This document shows, in pieces, positions 29,267-39,771 of a DNA stretch of 64,000 bases. A model generated the notes under the pieces. It saw only the letters and a list, made by a program, of their open reading frames with translations. It made no database searches and was not told where the DNA came from. The stretch lies in assembly GCA_963777895.1 (NCBI GenBank), contig CAVZSF010000003.1, forward strand, positions 124,989-188,988, given 5' to 3'. This DNA is from an uncultured Thermoleophilia bacterium (lineage in GTDB: Bacteria; Actinomycetota; Thermoleophilia; UBA2241). Numbering within the stretch: position 1 is the stretch's first letter; each line of letters opens with the position of its first letter. A program made the position numbers and the translations under genes.

Positions 29267-29917
29267 CTAGAATTGCCGCGAGTTTCGCGGTTGGACCGTC
29301 GTCACGATCTCCGTGCGATTGGGCGAGTGGCCTGGGTTCAGGTCGATCAGCATCCTGATCTTCACCGATACGATCGAGCTCGTCGAGACGCCGTCCCACG
29401 CCGCCAGGCGTCCCGCGCTGTCGTACATGTAGTACTCGAACAAGGGGGCGCTCCCATCGGTCGGGCGGACGCAGTTCGTCGCCACCTTCATCTTCCTGTC
29501 GGTGTAGAAGGAGAGGCCCGCGGCGCCGTCGCTGTCTTCCACGCGGTAGAGGTCGTAGGTGCCCGAGGACGCCACGTATCGCATCAGGTAGCCGATGAGG
29601 ACAGGCGAGGTATTCGCCGCGTTGGCCGCGTCCGAGTCATTGAACAGCGTCGTGAAGTAGAGGCGATACGGCCTCGCCGTGCGGATCGATGCATAGCCCG
29701 GGACGGGCTGAGCGTCCCTGATCTCGCGGCTCAGCCGCCTCGTCGCGTCACGCGCGTACTCTCTCGCCTTCGTGTCCTTCGTCGTGAAGGAGTACGAGTC
29801 GCTGAGCGCGATCCACGAGGTGATGAGCATGGCGGATATCACCGTCGTGATGGTCATGCCCACGAGCAGCTCGATGAGGGTGATGCCGGCCTGTCGCTTG
29901 TCGCGTCTTCCTGTCAT
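29267..29917 (-). CDS. Prepilin-type N-terminal cleavage/methylation-domain protein (pseudopilin, PilW-like)
   Basis: GITLIELLVGMTITTVISAMLI class III signal peptide motif. Confidence 0.7.
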   Translation of the reverse strand: MTGRRDKRQAGITLIELLVGMTITTVISAMLITSWIALSDSYSFTTKDTKAREYARDATRRLSREIRDAQPVPGYASIRTARPYRLYFTTLFNDSDAANAANTSPVLIGYLMRYVASSGTYDLYRVEDSDGAAGLSFYTDRKMKVATNCVRPTDGSAPLFEYYMYDSAGRLAAWDGVSTSSIVSVKIRMLIDLNPGHSPNRTEIVTTVQPRNSRQF

Positions 29918-29933
29918 CGCAGCCCCCTCGCCC

Positions 29934-31669
29934 TCAGAAGACGAAGTCGATGGTTGTGGCGTTCGTGAGCATGGTGGTCTGTGACTTGGTCACCTGTACC
30001 GTCCCGACGTAGGCGACCGCGGTGACCCGGTAGGAGCCATAGGGCATGGGAACGGACGCCAGCCAGATCGCCGTGCCGTTGCTCGCGATGGACTTCGCCC
30101 CCTTACTGACGTCGGGGTCCGGATCGAGATAGGTGACCGTCACGGTGGCGTTGGCGTTGTAGACGCGCACGGTCAGAGAGTAGTTCTGCGCGGTGCCAGT
30201 CGTGGCCGTCACCGCGGCGCTGGCCGCAGACGTGTTCAGCGCCCCATCGACCGCCTTGAGATAGTAGCTGCGCGGCGACGTCGACCACCCGGGGACGTCG
30301 TTGTAGCTCGTCTGTCCTGGTCCCACGGTCGCGAGCAGGCTGCCGTCCCGGTAGATCTGATAGGCGAAGACGCCCGTCACCGGTTCGCCGACCGCGCCGG
30401 ACGGATCGGAGGCAGCCGCCCAGGTGAGCCGGACGTTCGGCCCCTGCGCCGTCGCGGCAAGCGATGCAGGCGCAGTGGGCGCGGTCTTGTCGGCCGACGA
30501 GACCAGGGGTGTGAGCGCCACGACGTTGCTGTTGGCGCTGCGCAGACCGAACGTGTCGACGACCTGCACGCGATACTCATAGGCCGTGCCGGCCACGACG
30601 CCCCGGTCGATGAAGAAGGTCGACAAGGCGCCGGCGGCGGCGTACGGGTCGGTCGGCCATGTGGTGCTGCTCGCTTCCTTGCGGAAGACGTCGTAGTGGT
30701 CGATGTCGGTGTCGCTCGGGGCCGCCCACGAGAGACTTGCCCCGCCGACGCCCGCCACACCGCTGACGATCACCGTCCCCGGCGCCCCCTTGTCGAGTGC
30801 AAAGGTCAGCTGCCAGACGTTGCCTGGCTGTCCGGCGACGATGCCCAGGGTCGGACTCGGGCTTGGGGTCGGCGCGGGGGTCGGCCCGACGAGGGTGCTG
30901 CCGGTGTAGGCGACCGCGGAGAAGGTGTAGGTGCCGTCGGGTGCCCCTGCAGCCACCGTCCAGGTCGTCGTGAACACCCCGTTCACGTGCTCACTGTTGG
31001 CTGCGTTGTAGCTCACCGTGGACGTGTAGGAGCCTGTGCCGCCCACCCTGTTGATGCGGAACTCGACGCGTCCCACACGCTGGCGGTCGGCGGCGGAGAT
31101 CGTCGCCGTCAGGGTAACGGTGGTGGCCGAAGAAGCGGACGTGTGGATATAGGAGCCCTCGTGGTCTACGTCCGACGCCAGTGGCGTCACCGCGAGGTTG
31201 GTGATCTGCGGTCCGGAGTCTTGGCGCGTAATGTTCGTACGGAGCACGACGCGCCTGCCAGCCGCGGAGCCCGAGCCAAGCCAAGTCACCGTGACGGTCA
31301 CCTGCTTGTAGGCGAGCACGCCGGTCGTGCTGCCGGTCGGCTTTACCTCGGTGACGCCGTAGTCGACGGTGAAGTTCTTCGAGGCGCTGCCCACCTGCGT
31401 CGTGACGGTGGGGCCGAACTGTCCCGCTGAGAAGCTGGGGTTGTAGAGGTTCGGCGTGGAGGCCGGAGTGGCCGAGTCCGCGACGATCTCGTCGTAGTCG
31501 AGCGTCCGGATCCTCTCGAGCTTGTCCTGCGCGATGTTGACCGCAACGGTCTTGGCACGGTCCTCCGAGCCCTTGCCGGCCGCCTGCACGAACAACGGCA
31601 CCATCGCCGCGAACGCGATGCCGGCGATGACGATGGTGACGAGCAGTTCGACGATGCTGAATCCCGCAT
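29934..31669 (-). CDS. Large pilin-like protein: prepilin N-terminus plus fibronectin-III/Ig-like repeats and a Pro/Thr/Ser linker. Apparent one-base deletion in the start region.
   Basis: With a GGG->GGGG correction the N-terminus reads MRGFSIVELLVTIVIAGIAFAAMVPLF…, a canonical prepilin leader. Downstream are TPAPTPSPSPT and FN3-like segments (…WAAPSDTDIDHYDVFRK…, …TWAAASDPSG…YQIYRDGS). Confidence 0.6.
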
Positions 31670-31984
31670 GGCCTCGCCGGGAGGCCTGTTCATGCCCTGC
31701 CTCCGGATAGCGAGGGGAACGTCTCCTCGTTCTATCGGCCGCACGCCGGAGAGCATGAGCGTCCGGGCCGATTTTCGTTGCCGCCGATGGCAGCGTCGTT
31801 AAGGCTTCTCCCTAGGCTCACTTTCCCTGTGGGCTCAGTACGAGCAGATGCGTGGCGGGTCGCTCGAGTCTGGATCCGGGCTCCGGGACGGGACTAGAAC
31901 ATTCGTCTAGCTGAGGAGAGGCGCGCGGCAGCGGAGGATCTGCCGGCATGCCGGCGCGGCGCGGACGGTGCGCCGCAGGACTCG

Positions 31985-34903
31985 CTACTGCAGCTGCTGG
32001 AGTTGGCTCAGCGTGTTCTGCAGGGCCTGGATCTGGCGGCCGTACTCGGCCCAATCGCCGTTCTGCTGGGCCTGCTGGGCCGCCTCGAACTGCTGGTTCG
32101 CCCGCTGGACGAGCTTCAGGGCCTGCGCGCTCAAGTTGCCGGTCGTGCCGCCTTGGCCGCCGGTGCCGCCCTGGCCGCCGGTGCCGCCCGTGCCTCCCTG
32201 GCCGCCCGTGCCCGGCGGCTGCACGTTCGGGACATTGCCGAAGGCCTGGGCGAGCGCCTCGCCCAACGTCGGCTGCATCACGACGATCTGCTCGCCCGCC
32301 GTCCCTTCGGCGGTCGTCGGCGTCTGGTAGAAGACGATGACCCGCTTCATCTGCGGCAGTTGGGTCTGCTCGCCCTCGAGGTAGAGCGGCTGCACGTAGA
32401 GCAGCGAGTCCTCGATCGGGATGACCAGCAGGTTCCCCATGATCACTCTCGAGCCTTGCTGGCCCCACAGCGAGCGCTGCGCCGAGATGGTCGGGTCCTG
32501 GTTGATGGCGGCCTCGACCTGGCTCGGTCCGTAGACGCTGGTGCCCTTGGCGAACTGGAAGGCGACGGCCTTGCCGTAGTCCTGGCCGTCGCTCAACGCC
32601 GCCAGCCACGCCACCATGTTGGGCCGCGTGTTCGGCACGAACGGGATCATGAGGAGGAACTCCTCCTGCTCCGTCTTCGGGAGGCTCATGATCACGTAGT
32701 ACGCCGCCATCCTGCCCGGCCCGCTCAACGCGACGTTGTCGGGGATCTGCCACTGGTCGCCCTTGTTGTAGAGCACCGCGGGATCGTCAACGTGGTAGGT
32801 CGCGTACACCTCGGACTGCACGTTGAAGAGCTGCTCCGGGTAGCGGATGTGATCCAGCAGAGCCGCCGGCATCTCGCTCCTCGGCGTGAAGAGGTCGGGG
32901 TAGATCTTCTCGTAGGTCTGCAGGATCGGGTCCTGCTCGTCGAAGGCGTAGAAGCGCATGGTGCCGTTGTAGGCGTCGATGACGGCCTTGACCGAGTTGC
33001 GGATGTAACTGACACCCGCCTCGGGCGTCGAGTACGGATACCGTCGAGTCGTCGTATAGGCGTCGGCGACCCAGTAGAGGCGGCCGTCCGAGATCACCAT
33101 GTACGGGTCCGGGTCGAAGGAGAGGAACGGGGCCGCCGCCTGCAGCCGCTCCACGATGTTGTTGCGGATGATCACGCGACTGTCGGCGTCGATGGCCGAC
33201 GACGTGAAGAACTTGATGGTGCCGAAGCGCCAGGCGAAGGCCAGCTTCGGCAGGAAGGACCCGATGCCGATCCCGCCGCTGCCGCTGTAGTTGCGGTAGA
33301 CATCGGCTCCGCCGGCGCCCGGGTAGTCGAACTCGCGGTCCTTGGTCTTCACCAGCGTGTAGTCGGTGCCGATCTCACCGTAGTAGATCCGGGGTTCCTT
33401 GATCTCGAGCCCCTGCACCGACCGGGGCGGGACGTCCTGCACGAGGAAGTCCGGGGACCCATCGGTCGTGACCTGGTTCACGGCGCTGACGACGGCCCCG
33501 AAGCCGTGGGTGTAGGTGATGTGCTGGTTGACCCAGGTCTGCGCCTGCGCGGGCAGGCCGGAGATATCGAGCTCGCGCGCGGAGAGCATCGTCTGCGTGT
33601 ACTCCCCCGCCACCGTGTACCGGTCGACGTCGGCGTCGACGAAGGAGTAGTAGGGGCGCAACTGCTGCAGCTGGCGATAGCTGCGCGTCAGGGTGTCGGG
33701 ATCCCACAGCCGGATGTTGCGAAGCGTCGCTTCGTTCTGCCGCAGGACACTCCCGGTGATCGCGGTCTTCATGGCGAGCGGCTGAGAGTCGACCTTGTCG
33801 AGATCGTAGGCGGCCTTCGTCGCGTCGATGTTGTGCTGGATGTACTGCTCTTCCTTGTCCAGCTGGTTCGGGTTCACGATCAGCGACTGGTAGGCCGCGG
33901 GGACGACCCCGCGCAGCACGATGAGGGCGATGACCCAGATGGCGATGGCGGCCGGCCACCAGCGGTGCCGCCGCCAGATGTTGTAGACGAGGGCGGCGGC
34001 CAGCGCGAAGGCCAGCACCATCGTCACGCGCGTGAGCGGCAGGCGGATGTGGACGTCGGTGTAGCCGGCGCCGAACACGGCGCCGGCCGTCGAGTAGAGC
34101 AGGTTCCAGGCACGGAAGAGCTGGCCGATGCCGACCGCGACGAAGATCGCGGCGAGCACTGCCGAGAGGTGGGCGATCGCGGGGCCGGAGAGATGGAGCT
34201 CGACCCGGGAGCGCACGTACTGGGCCGCCTCGCTGGGGCTCGTCGGCCCGCGGAACGGCCCTCCCTCGGCCCCGGCGGGCGGCGGGGCAGCAGTGTACTC
34301 GATGCCGCCCAGCACCAGATGGACGATGGCGGCCGCGATGAGCGACGCGATCAGCGCGGCCAGCACGAAGTTCTGCACGGCCTGCCACGCCGGCATGGTG
34401 AAGACATAGAAGCCGAGGTCGCGCCCGAACACGGCGTCCTTCTCGCCGAAGCTGGTGGCGTTGAGGGCGCGCAGGAAGAGCAGCCAGGCGCCCGAGGCGC
34501 CGAACCCGGCGATCACGGCGACGATGCCCGCCACGATCAAGCCGATGCGTCCCACGTAGCGCCGCACCGTCTCGCTGCGTGGCTCGATCACGCCTTCGAT
34601 GCTCGACCGGAAGTCGGGCGCGAGGCGGCGAGCCAGCAGGATGTTGGCCGCCACGACCACGAAGAACACGGCCGCCGCAGCGGCGCCGAGCGCGAGGCGC
34701 GACCACACCCTGGTCCAGAACACCGACCGCAGCCCCACCTCGCCGAACCACAGCCAATCCACGTACATCCCGACGAGACGGCCGAGCAGCGAGGCGATGA
34801 CGACCACGAGGACGACGACGATCGCGATGACGACGGTGCGCAGCCTGCGGCGAGGATCGGGACGCGGGGGACGGCGCGCGCGGAGCGGCGTGACATTGTC
34901 CAT
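31985..34903 (-). CDS. UPF0182-family membrane protein
   Basis: 972 aa, N-terminal multi-TM region then a large extracytoplasmic domain. Ends in a Gly/Thr/Gln-rich and Q-rich tail. Architecture typical of UPF0182. Confidence 0.8.
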   Translation of the reverse strand: MDNVTPLRARRPPRPDPRRRLRTVVIAIVVVLVVVIASLLGRLVGMYVDWLWFGEVGLRSVFWTRVWSRLALGAAAAAVFFVVVAANILLARRLAPDFRSSIEGVIEPRSETVRRYVGRIGLIVAGIVAVIAGFGASGAWLLFLRALNATSFGEKDAVFGRDLGFYVFTMPAWQAVQNFVLAALIASLIAAAIVHLVLGGIEYTAAPPPAGAEGGPFRGPTSPSEAAQYVRSRVELHLSGPAIAHLSAVLAAIFVAVGIGQLFRAWNLLYSTAGAVFGAGYTDVHIRLPLTRVTMVLAFALAAALVYNIWRRHRWWPAAIAIWVIALIVLRGVVPAAYQSLIVNPNQLDKEEQYIQHNIDATKAAYDLDKVDSQPLAMKTAITGSVLRQNEATLRNIRLWDPDTLTRSYRQLQQLRPYYSFVDADVDRYTVAGEYTQTMLSARELDISGLPAQAQTWVNQHITYTHGFGAVVSAVNQVTTDGSPDFLVQDVPPRSVQGLEIKEPRIYYGEIGTDYTLVKTKDREFDYPGAGGADVYRNYSGSGGIGIGSFLPKLAFAWRFGTIKFFTSSAIDADSRVIIRNNIVERLQAAAPFLSFDPDPYMVISDGRLYWVADAYTTTRRYPYSTPEAGVSYIRNSVKAVIDAYNGTMRFYAFDEQDPILQTYEKIYPDLFTPRSEMPAALLDHIRYPEQLFNVQSEVYATYHVDDPAVLYNKGDQWQIPDNVALSGPGRMAAYYVIMSLPKTEQEEFLLMIPFVPNTRPNMVAWLAALSDGQDYGKAVAFQFAKGTSVYGPSQVEAAINQDPTISAQRSLWGQQGSRVIMGNLLVIPIEDSLLYVQPLYLEGEQTQLPQMKRVIVFYQTPTTAEGTAGEQIVVMQPTLGEALAQAFGNVPNVQPPGTGGQGGTGGTGGQGGTGGQGGTTGNLSAQALKLVQRANQQFEAAQQAQQNGDWAEYGRQIQALQNTLSQLQQLQ

Positions 34904-35078
34904 GAGAGCAGTATGCCACAGCGGAGGGCGCGACTGTCGTCTGCCACGCGCAGTGGAGCCCCCGGACCGCCAGCCCCGGGGGGCCGAGGTGGTCTTGCGG
35001 CGGCGCGCGGAGCGGCGGGCGCGCAGGCGGCGCCTGTAGGCGGGCGGATGTCAGGCGGCGGGCGTCAGGCGGAGGGCG

Positions 35079-37187
35079 TCAGGCGGCGGGCGTGCGTGCG
35101 CTGTCCGAGTCGCCGCGCAGCATCGCCACGAACCGCTGGACCATACGCGGATCGAGGGCGCGCGCCGACTCGCCCCGCAGCCGCTCCAGCGCCTCGTGGC
35201 CGCCGCGTCCGTACTCGCGGCAGACGGCGAAGGCGCGGGCGACGCGCGGGATGCGGGCCCCGCGCCGTCCCTCCGGGTAGCCGCTGCCGTCCCAGCTCTC
35301 GCTGCCGTACAGCAGCGCCTCGACGGCCTGCCGCCGGACGTCGTACTTGCCGCCGCCGTTGTGGCCGTTGCCGTTGGTGCCGTTGCCGCCGCCGAGGATC
35401 GCCTGCACGTCGTCGCCCAGGGACGCGCCGGCCTCGTAGACGGCGAGAGCCGTGACCAGGCCGGCCGTCTCGAACTCGCTGAGCGCGAGCTGCGCGGCGA
35501 AACGGCGGCCCACGTCGGCCAGGTCGCCGGCGATCATCGCCGCCATCCTGGCGGTGTCTTCGCCGGCGAGACAGACCCGGTTGCGACCACGCGCCTTGGC
35601 GCGCAGCAGGGCGGCGTCGGCCGCCGCCAGCACGCCGTCGCTGTCGCTCGCCGACTCGGGGAAGGCGGCGACGCCGATCGACATCGTCACCTTGACCGCG
35701 TCGGCGTCGATCTGCGCAACCTGTTCGCGCACGCGTTCGGCCAGCGTCGCCGCCTCGGCCAGCCCGGTTTGCGGCAGGATCATGACGAACTCCTCGCCAC
35801 CGTAACGGGCCTGATAGTCCGACTCGCGGGAGCACGAACGCAGTACGTCCGCCACGTCGCGCAGGACCTCGTCGCCCGCCTGGTGTCCGATGGTGTCGTT
35901 GACCGTCTTGAAGTGATCGAGATCCATCATCAGGAGGCAGAACGTCTCCTCGTAGCGCTCGGCCCGGCTGACCGTCGCCTTCAGCGTGTCGTGGAAGTGA
36001 CGGTAGTTGTGGATCCCGGTCAGGCCGTCGCTGATCGCCTGACGTTCCATGTCCTCGTAGCTGCGCGCGTTCTGGATGGCGATGGCCGCCATATTAGCGA
36101 ACAGCTTCGCCGGCTCGAGCTCCTCCTCGGCGAAGGTCCCGCCGCCGAGGCGGTCGATCGAGAGTACTCCCGTCACCTTGCCGCGCACGTTCAGCGGCAC
36201 GATGATGCTCGCCTGCGGCTCGCCTTCCTCCGTGCCCGGGATGAAGACGCCGCGCGGGTCGGTGTTCATGTCGTTGACGAGCTGCGCCTCGTTGTGGCTC
36301 ACCACCCATCCGGTGACGCCCTCGTCGAGCGCGCTCCTGAAGTCGAGCATCTGCTCGGCGCTCTCGTCGCGCGCGTAGATCGCGACCAGCTCGTTCGTGT
36401 CCTCGTCCACGAGGCGAATGTCCATGGTGTCGTAGTCGACGATCTGCTTCAGCATCGTCGTGATCAGCTGGAAGACGTCGCGCTGGTCGAGGGTCGACAG
36501 AAGAGCGGTGCTCAGGTTCAGGAGTTGGTGCCGAGTGGCGAGCTCCCGTTCGAGCTCGGTGCCCGTCGCCTCGAGCTGCTCCTGCTGGCGGGCGCTCTCG
36601 ACCGCCACCGCGGCGTGGGCGGCGAACACTTCCAGCGCCTTGACCTGTTCGAGCGTGGGGATCGCCTTGTCCTCCGGATCGTACAGGTCGACGACGCCCA
36701 TGAGCTGGTGGCGCTTGTCGTAGAACGGGACGAACAGGTCGTCGTCCTGGTCCCACTCGCCGGGACGACGCGGGCCCAGCGGCAGAGGCGGCAGGTAGTA
36801 GAGCTGCTCCTCCGTCCATTCATGCCGGCGATGATCGATAAAGAACGACGAGCCGATCTGATGACGCTCGACCAGGAGCTCGTCCCAGATGTGGCTGGGG
36901 ACCGGCCGCGCGAAGACGTCGGCGTCGTAGTCGGGGTGTTCGCCCACGGTCGCCCACGCCCGGTACTTCGCGCCGTCCGGTTCTACCAGGTAGACGGTGG
37001 ACTCACGGTAGCCGAAGGTACTCGTCACGGTGCTGACGATGGCACGGACGATGCCCTCGAGGTCGGAGCCGGACTGGATCTCGCTGGCGAGCCGCACGAG
37101 GCCATGCAGCAGCTCGCTCTCGCCGCGCTCCGCCTTGCGGTTCTTGCCGCCGAACACCACTCGTGCTCCCTGGTCGGGGTTCCTCAC
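35079..37187 (-). CDS. GAF-GAF-GGDEF diguanylate cyclase with a C-terminal extension
   Basis: Two GAF-like regions, a GGEEF active-site motif (ARYGGEEFVMIL) and an RxxD-type region. The C-terminal ~150 aa are of unclear function. Confidence 0.8.
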   Translation of the reverse strand: MRNPDQGARVVFGGKNRKAERGESELLHGLVRLASEIQSGSDLEGIVRAIVSTVTSTFGYRESTVYLVEPDGAKYRAWATVGEHPDYDADVFARPVPSHIWDELLVERHQIGSSFFIDHRRHEWTEEQLYYLPPLPLGPRRPGEWDQDDDLFVPFYDKRHQLMGVVDLYDPEDKAIPTLEQVKALEVFAAHAAVAVESARQQEQLEATGTELERELATRHQLLNLSTALLSTLDQRDVFQLITTMLKQIVDYDTMDIRLVDEDTNELVAIYARDESAEQMLDFRSALDEGVTGWVVSHNEAQLVNDMNTDPRGVFIPGTEEGEPQASIIVPLNVRGKVTGVLSIDRLGGGTFAEEELEPAKLFANMAAIAIQNARSYEDMERQAISDGLTGIHNYRHFHDTLKATVSRAERYEETFCLLMMDLDHFKTVNDTIGHQAGDEVLRDVADVLRSCSRESDYQARYGGEEFVMILPQTGLAEAATLAERVREQVAQIDADAVKVTMSIGVAAFPESASDSDGVLAAADAALLRAKARGRNRVCLAGEDTARMAAMIAGDLADVGRRFAAQLALSEFETAGLVTALAVYEAGASLGDDVQAILGGGNGTNGNGHNGGGKYDVRRQAVEALLYGSESWDGSGYPEGRRGARIPRVARAFAVCREYGRGGHEALERLRGESARALDPRMVQRFVAMLRGDSDSARTPAA

Positions 37188-37357
37188 CCCTTAGCTCGGC
37201 AGTAGTGTACCCCCGGCTTGAGCTTGAGCGGCCGTACGTAGCCAATAGGGTTGTCAGACTTGTGGACGCTCCCGAGGCGCCGCGGAGGCGCGCAGCGGCG
37301 TCATCCGGCGCCGGGGTTGGGCGGTCCTCAGCCGGGAGGCGGATCCTGGTGAGACGC

Positions 37358-37400
37358 GGGACGGGCGGCGGGCCGGTGCCGCCGGCCCGCCGCCCGTCCC
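37358..37400 (-). terminator. Perfect 19-bp GC hairpin downstream of the Kce gene
   Basis: GGGACGGGCGGCGGGCCGG-TGCCG-CCGGCCCGCCGCCCGTCCC. Confidence 0.5.
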
Positions 37401-37466
37401 AAGCTCTTCCCGCACGTCAGCCGGCCCTCGACCGTCCGCCGAGACCCGCGGCGTCAGGTCACGACT

Positions 37467-38300
37467 TCAGGAGCCGGCCGCCGCCACGCCCAGCTGCAGG
37501 ATCTCGCGCGCCTCGTCGGGGGTGGCGCACTCGCGCCCCCACTCCGCGGCGAGGCGCGCCACGCGGCCGGTCAGCTGGGCGTTGCCGTCCGTCAGCACGC
37601 CCTTGTGGTAGTAGATATTGTCCTCGAGCCCGAGGCGCACGTTGCCGCCCAGGGCGAGCGCGGTCATGGTGACCGGCATGTGCCAGCGGCCGATGCCGGT
37701 CGCCGTCCACGTCGAGCCCTCGGGGAGACGGTCGACGAGGAAGGCGACGTTGCGCGGCTCGCCGCTCATACTGCCGGGCACGCCCAGCACGAAGTCCCAG
37801 TGCATGAGCGGGCCGGCCGGACCGAGCTGCTTGACCAGCCGCACGGCGTTATCGATCTGGCCGGCCTCGAAGATCTCGAACTCGGGCCGCACGCCCTTCG
37901 CCTGCATGCGCGTGTAGAACTCCTTCATCAGGGCGGTGTCGTTGAAGAACACCTCGTCGCCGAAGTTGGCCGTGCCGGTCGTCAGCGACGCCACCTCGGG
38001 GTTCAGCTCCAGCGGCTGCAGGCGTTCGTCGGCGGTCATGCCCATGGCCCCGCCGGTCGAGGCCTGGATAATGACGTCGGTCCGCTCGCGGATGGCGGCA
38101 ACTGCGGCCGCGAAAACGTCCCTGTCCTGGGTCGGCGTGCCGTCCGGCCGCCGCACGTGCAGGTGATAGACGCTGGCGCCGGCCTCGCGGCAGCGGGCCG
38201 CGTCCTCGCCGATCTCCTGCGCCGAGATCGGCAGGGCCGGCTGCGCCTCCCTGGTCGTCTCGGCGCCCACGCCCGCGACAGTGATGATGAGCTTGTCCAT
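37467..38300 (-). CDS. kce: BKACE-family beta-keto-acid cleavage enzyme (3-keto-5-aminohexanoate cleavage enzyme Kce-like, DUF849)
   Basis: 277 aa TIM-barrel family signature (MDKLIITVAGVGAETTREAQPALPISAQEI…HLHVRRPDG…, …GLEDNIYY…). Confidence 0.8.
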   Translation of the reverse strand: MDKLIITVAGVGAETTREAQPALPISAQEIGEDAARCREAGASVYHLHVRRPDGTPTQDRDVFAAAVAAIRERTDVIIQASTGGAMGMTADERLQPLELNPEVASLTTGTANFGDEVFFNDTALMKEFYTRMQAKGVRPEFEIFEAGQIDNAVRLVKQLGPAGPLMHWDFVLGVPGSMSGEPRNVAFLVDRLPEGSTWTATGIGRWHMPVTMTALALGGNVRLGLEDNIYYHKGVLTDGNAQLTGRVARLAAEWGRECATPDEAREILQLGVAAAGS

Positions 38301-38315
38301 CGAGCCTCCCCCCGG

Positions 38316-39584
38316 CTACTTGCTGTACGGGTACTCCTGCGCCACGTAGGCGAGACTCTCCTCCACGACGTCCAGCGCCCTGGTGAGGTCCTCCTCGGTG
38401 TGGCGGTAGGCGATGTACCAGTGATGATACGGCTGCACGAAGAGGCCGCGGCGGATGCACTGCGTGTAGAACTCGGTCCGCCGCTCCTTGTAGTGGTCGT
38501 CCGCGTGGTCGAAGGTGAGGAAGGGCATCGGCGGGATCCCGCTCTTCGTGACCGGCACGCCGCTCTTGTCGACGATGTCGCCGAGCCGCTCCAAGAAGCG
38601 CGTGCCGCGCTCCCAGATCGTGTCCTGCACCTTCTCGCGCTCGAGCACCTCGAGGCACTTCATGCTGGCCGCCATCTCGAGGCTGTTGGGGAAGTACGTC
38701 GAGCTGAGGAAGGCGCCCTTGACGTAGACGCTCATGATCTCGCGCCTGCCCACGAGGGCCGCGATCGAGTAGCCGTTGGCCATGGCCTTGCCCACCGTGG
38801 TCATGTCCGGCGTGACGCCGTAGCGCTCGCTCGCGCCGCCCATCGCCACACGAAAGCCAGTCCGGATCTCGTCGAACGTGACCACCGCGCCGTTCTTGTG
38901 CGCGAGGTCGACGACCGCCTGGAGGTAGCCTGGCGGCGGCGCGATGATCGGCTTGGCCATGGGGTGACCGACCGGCGTGATGACGACCCCGGCGACCTCG
39001 CCGGGGTTCTCGGCGAAGACGCGCTCGAGGTCGGCGATGTCGCCGTACTCGAACTCCTTGGTGAGCTCCCACACGGCCTGAGGGACGCCGCCGTGGTGCT
39101 CCACGCACCAGTCGCCCCAGCCGTGGTAGCCGCAGCGCGCGATCTTGTCGCGGCCGGTGTAGGCGCGCATCGCGCGCACGGCCGCGTTGGTCGCGTCCGA
39201 GCCGGTCTTCACGAGGATCGTCTGCTCGCCGCACGGCATGATGTCGGCAAGGCGCTGCTCGAGCTCGTTCTGCAACGGCTGGACCAGGCTGAAGCAGAAG
39301 CCCTTGTCCATCTGCGCCTTGGCGGCGTCGTTGATCTCCGGCTCGACGTATCCGAGGATGATCGGCCCGTAAGCGCAGAGCATGTCGATGTACTCGTTGC
39401 CGTCGACGTCGAAGATGTGGCCACCCTTGCCATGCGTGATGAACACGGGGTACTCGCCGACCACGAAGTTGTAGGGCCGGCGGATGCCGCCGACGCCCCC
39501 CGGCGTCAGGCGCTGGGCGTCGTCGAGCATCGCCATCGATCTGGACAGCTCGAGCTTGGGCGCGCTTTCCACTTTGTTGACCAT
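38316..39584 (-). CDS. Class III (PLP fold-type I) aminotransferase / aminomutase
   Basis: Glutamate-1-semialdehyde-aminotransferase-like layout with the PLP lysine region TTVGKAMANGYSIAAL and DEIRTGFR. Directly upstream of and co-oriented with the Kce-like gene. Confidence 0.8.
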   Translation of the reverse strand: MVNKVESAPKLELSRSMAMLDDAQRLTPGGVGGIRRPYNFVVGEYPVFITHGKGGHIFDVDGNEYIDMLCAYGPIILGYVEPEINDAAKAQMDKGFCFSLVQPLQNELEQRLADIMPCGEQTILVKTGSDATNAAVRAMRAYTGRDKIARCGYHGWGDWCVEHHGGVPQAVWELTKEFEYGDIADLERVFAENPGEVAGVVITPVGHPMAKPIIAPPPGYLQAVVDLAHKNGAVVTFDEIRTGFRVAMGGASERYGVTPDMTTVGKAMANGYSIAALVGRREIMSVYVKGAFLSSTYFPNSLEMAASMKCLEVLEREKVQDTIWERGTRFLERLGDIVDKSGVPVTKSGIPPMPFLTFDHADDHYKERRTEFYTQCIRRGLFVQPYHHWYIAYRHTEEDLTRALDVVEESLAYVAQEYPYSK

Positions 39585-39771
39585 CGGGGCTCCTTTCAGC
39601 GCGGTGCGCGGGTGATCGTAAAGATGCTAGGGAAGGACGGACCCGGCGGGACGCGGGTCAGAGGGATGCCGCAGTGAGACGTGTCGTACAGCCATGGTCG
39701 CCTCCCCCAGAAGCCTATCCGAAAGGCGGCCGGACGGCATCCCGCAGCGTCGTCCCGCCGCGGAGAGGGCA

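Noticed and set aside
755-39677. Many long plus/minus ORFs antisense to confident genes (for example 755..1747+, 1524..2456+, 7881..9668+, 32003..35455+, 35196..37205+, 37605..39677+, 49583..52669+, 40752..41822+)
   Set aside because: These are typical high-GC antisense open frames. Their translations are Arg/Ala/Gly/Pro-rich with no domain signatures, and they fully overlap well-supported genes.
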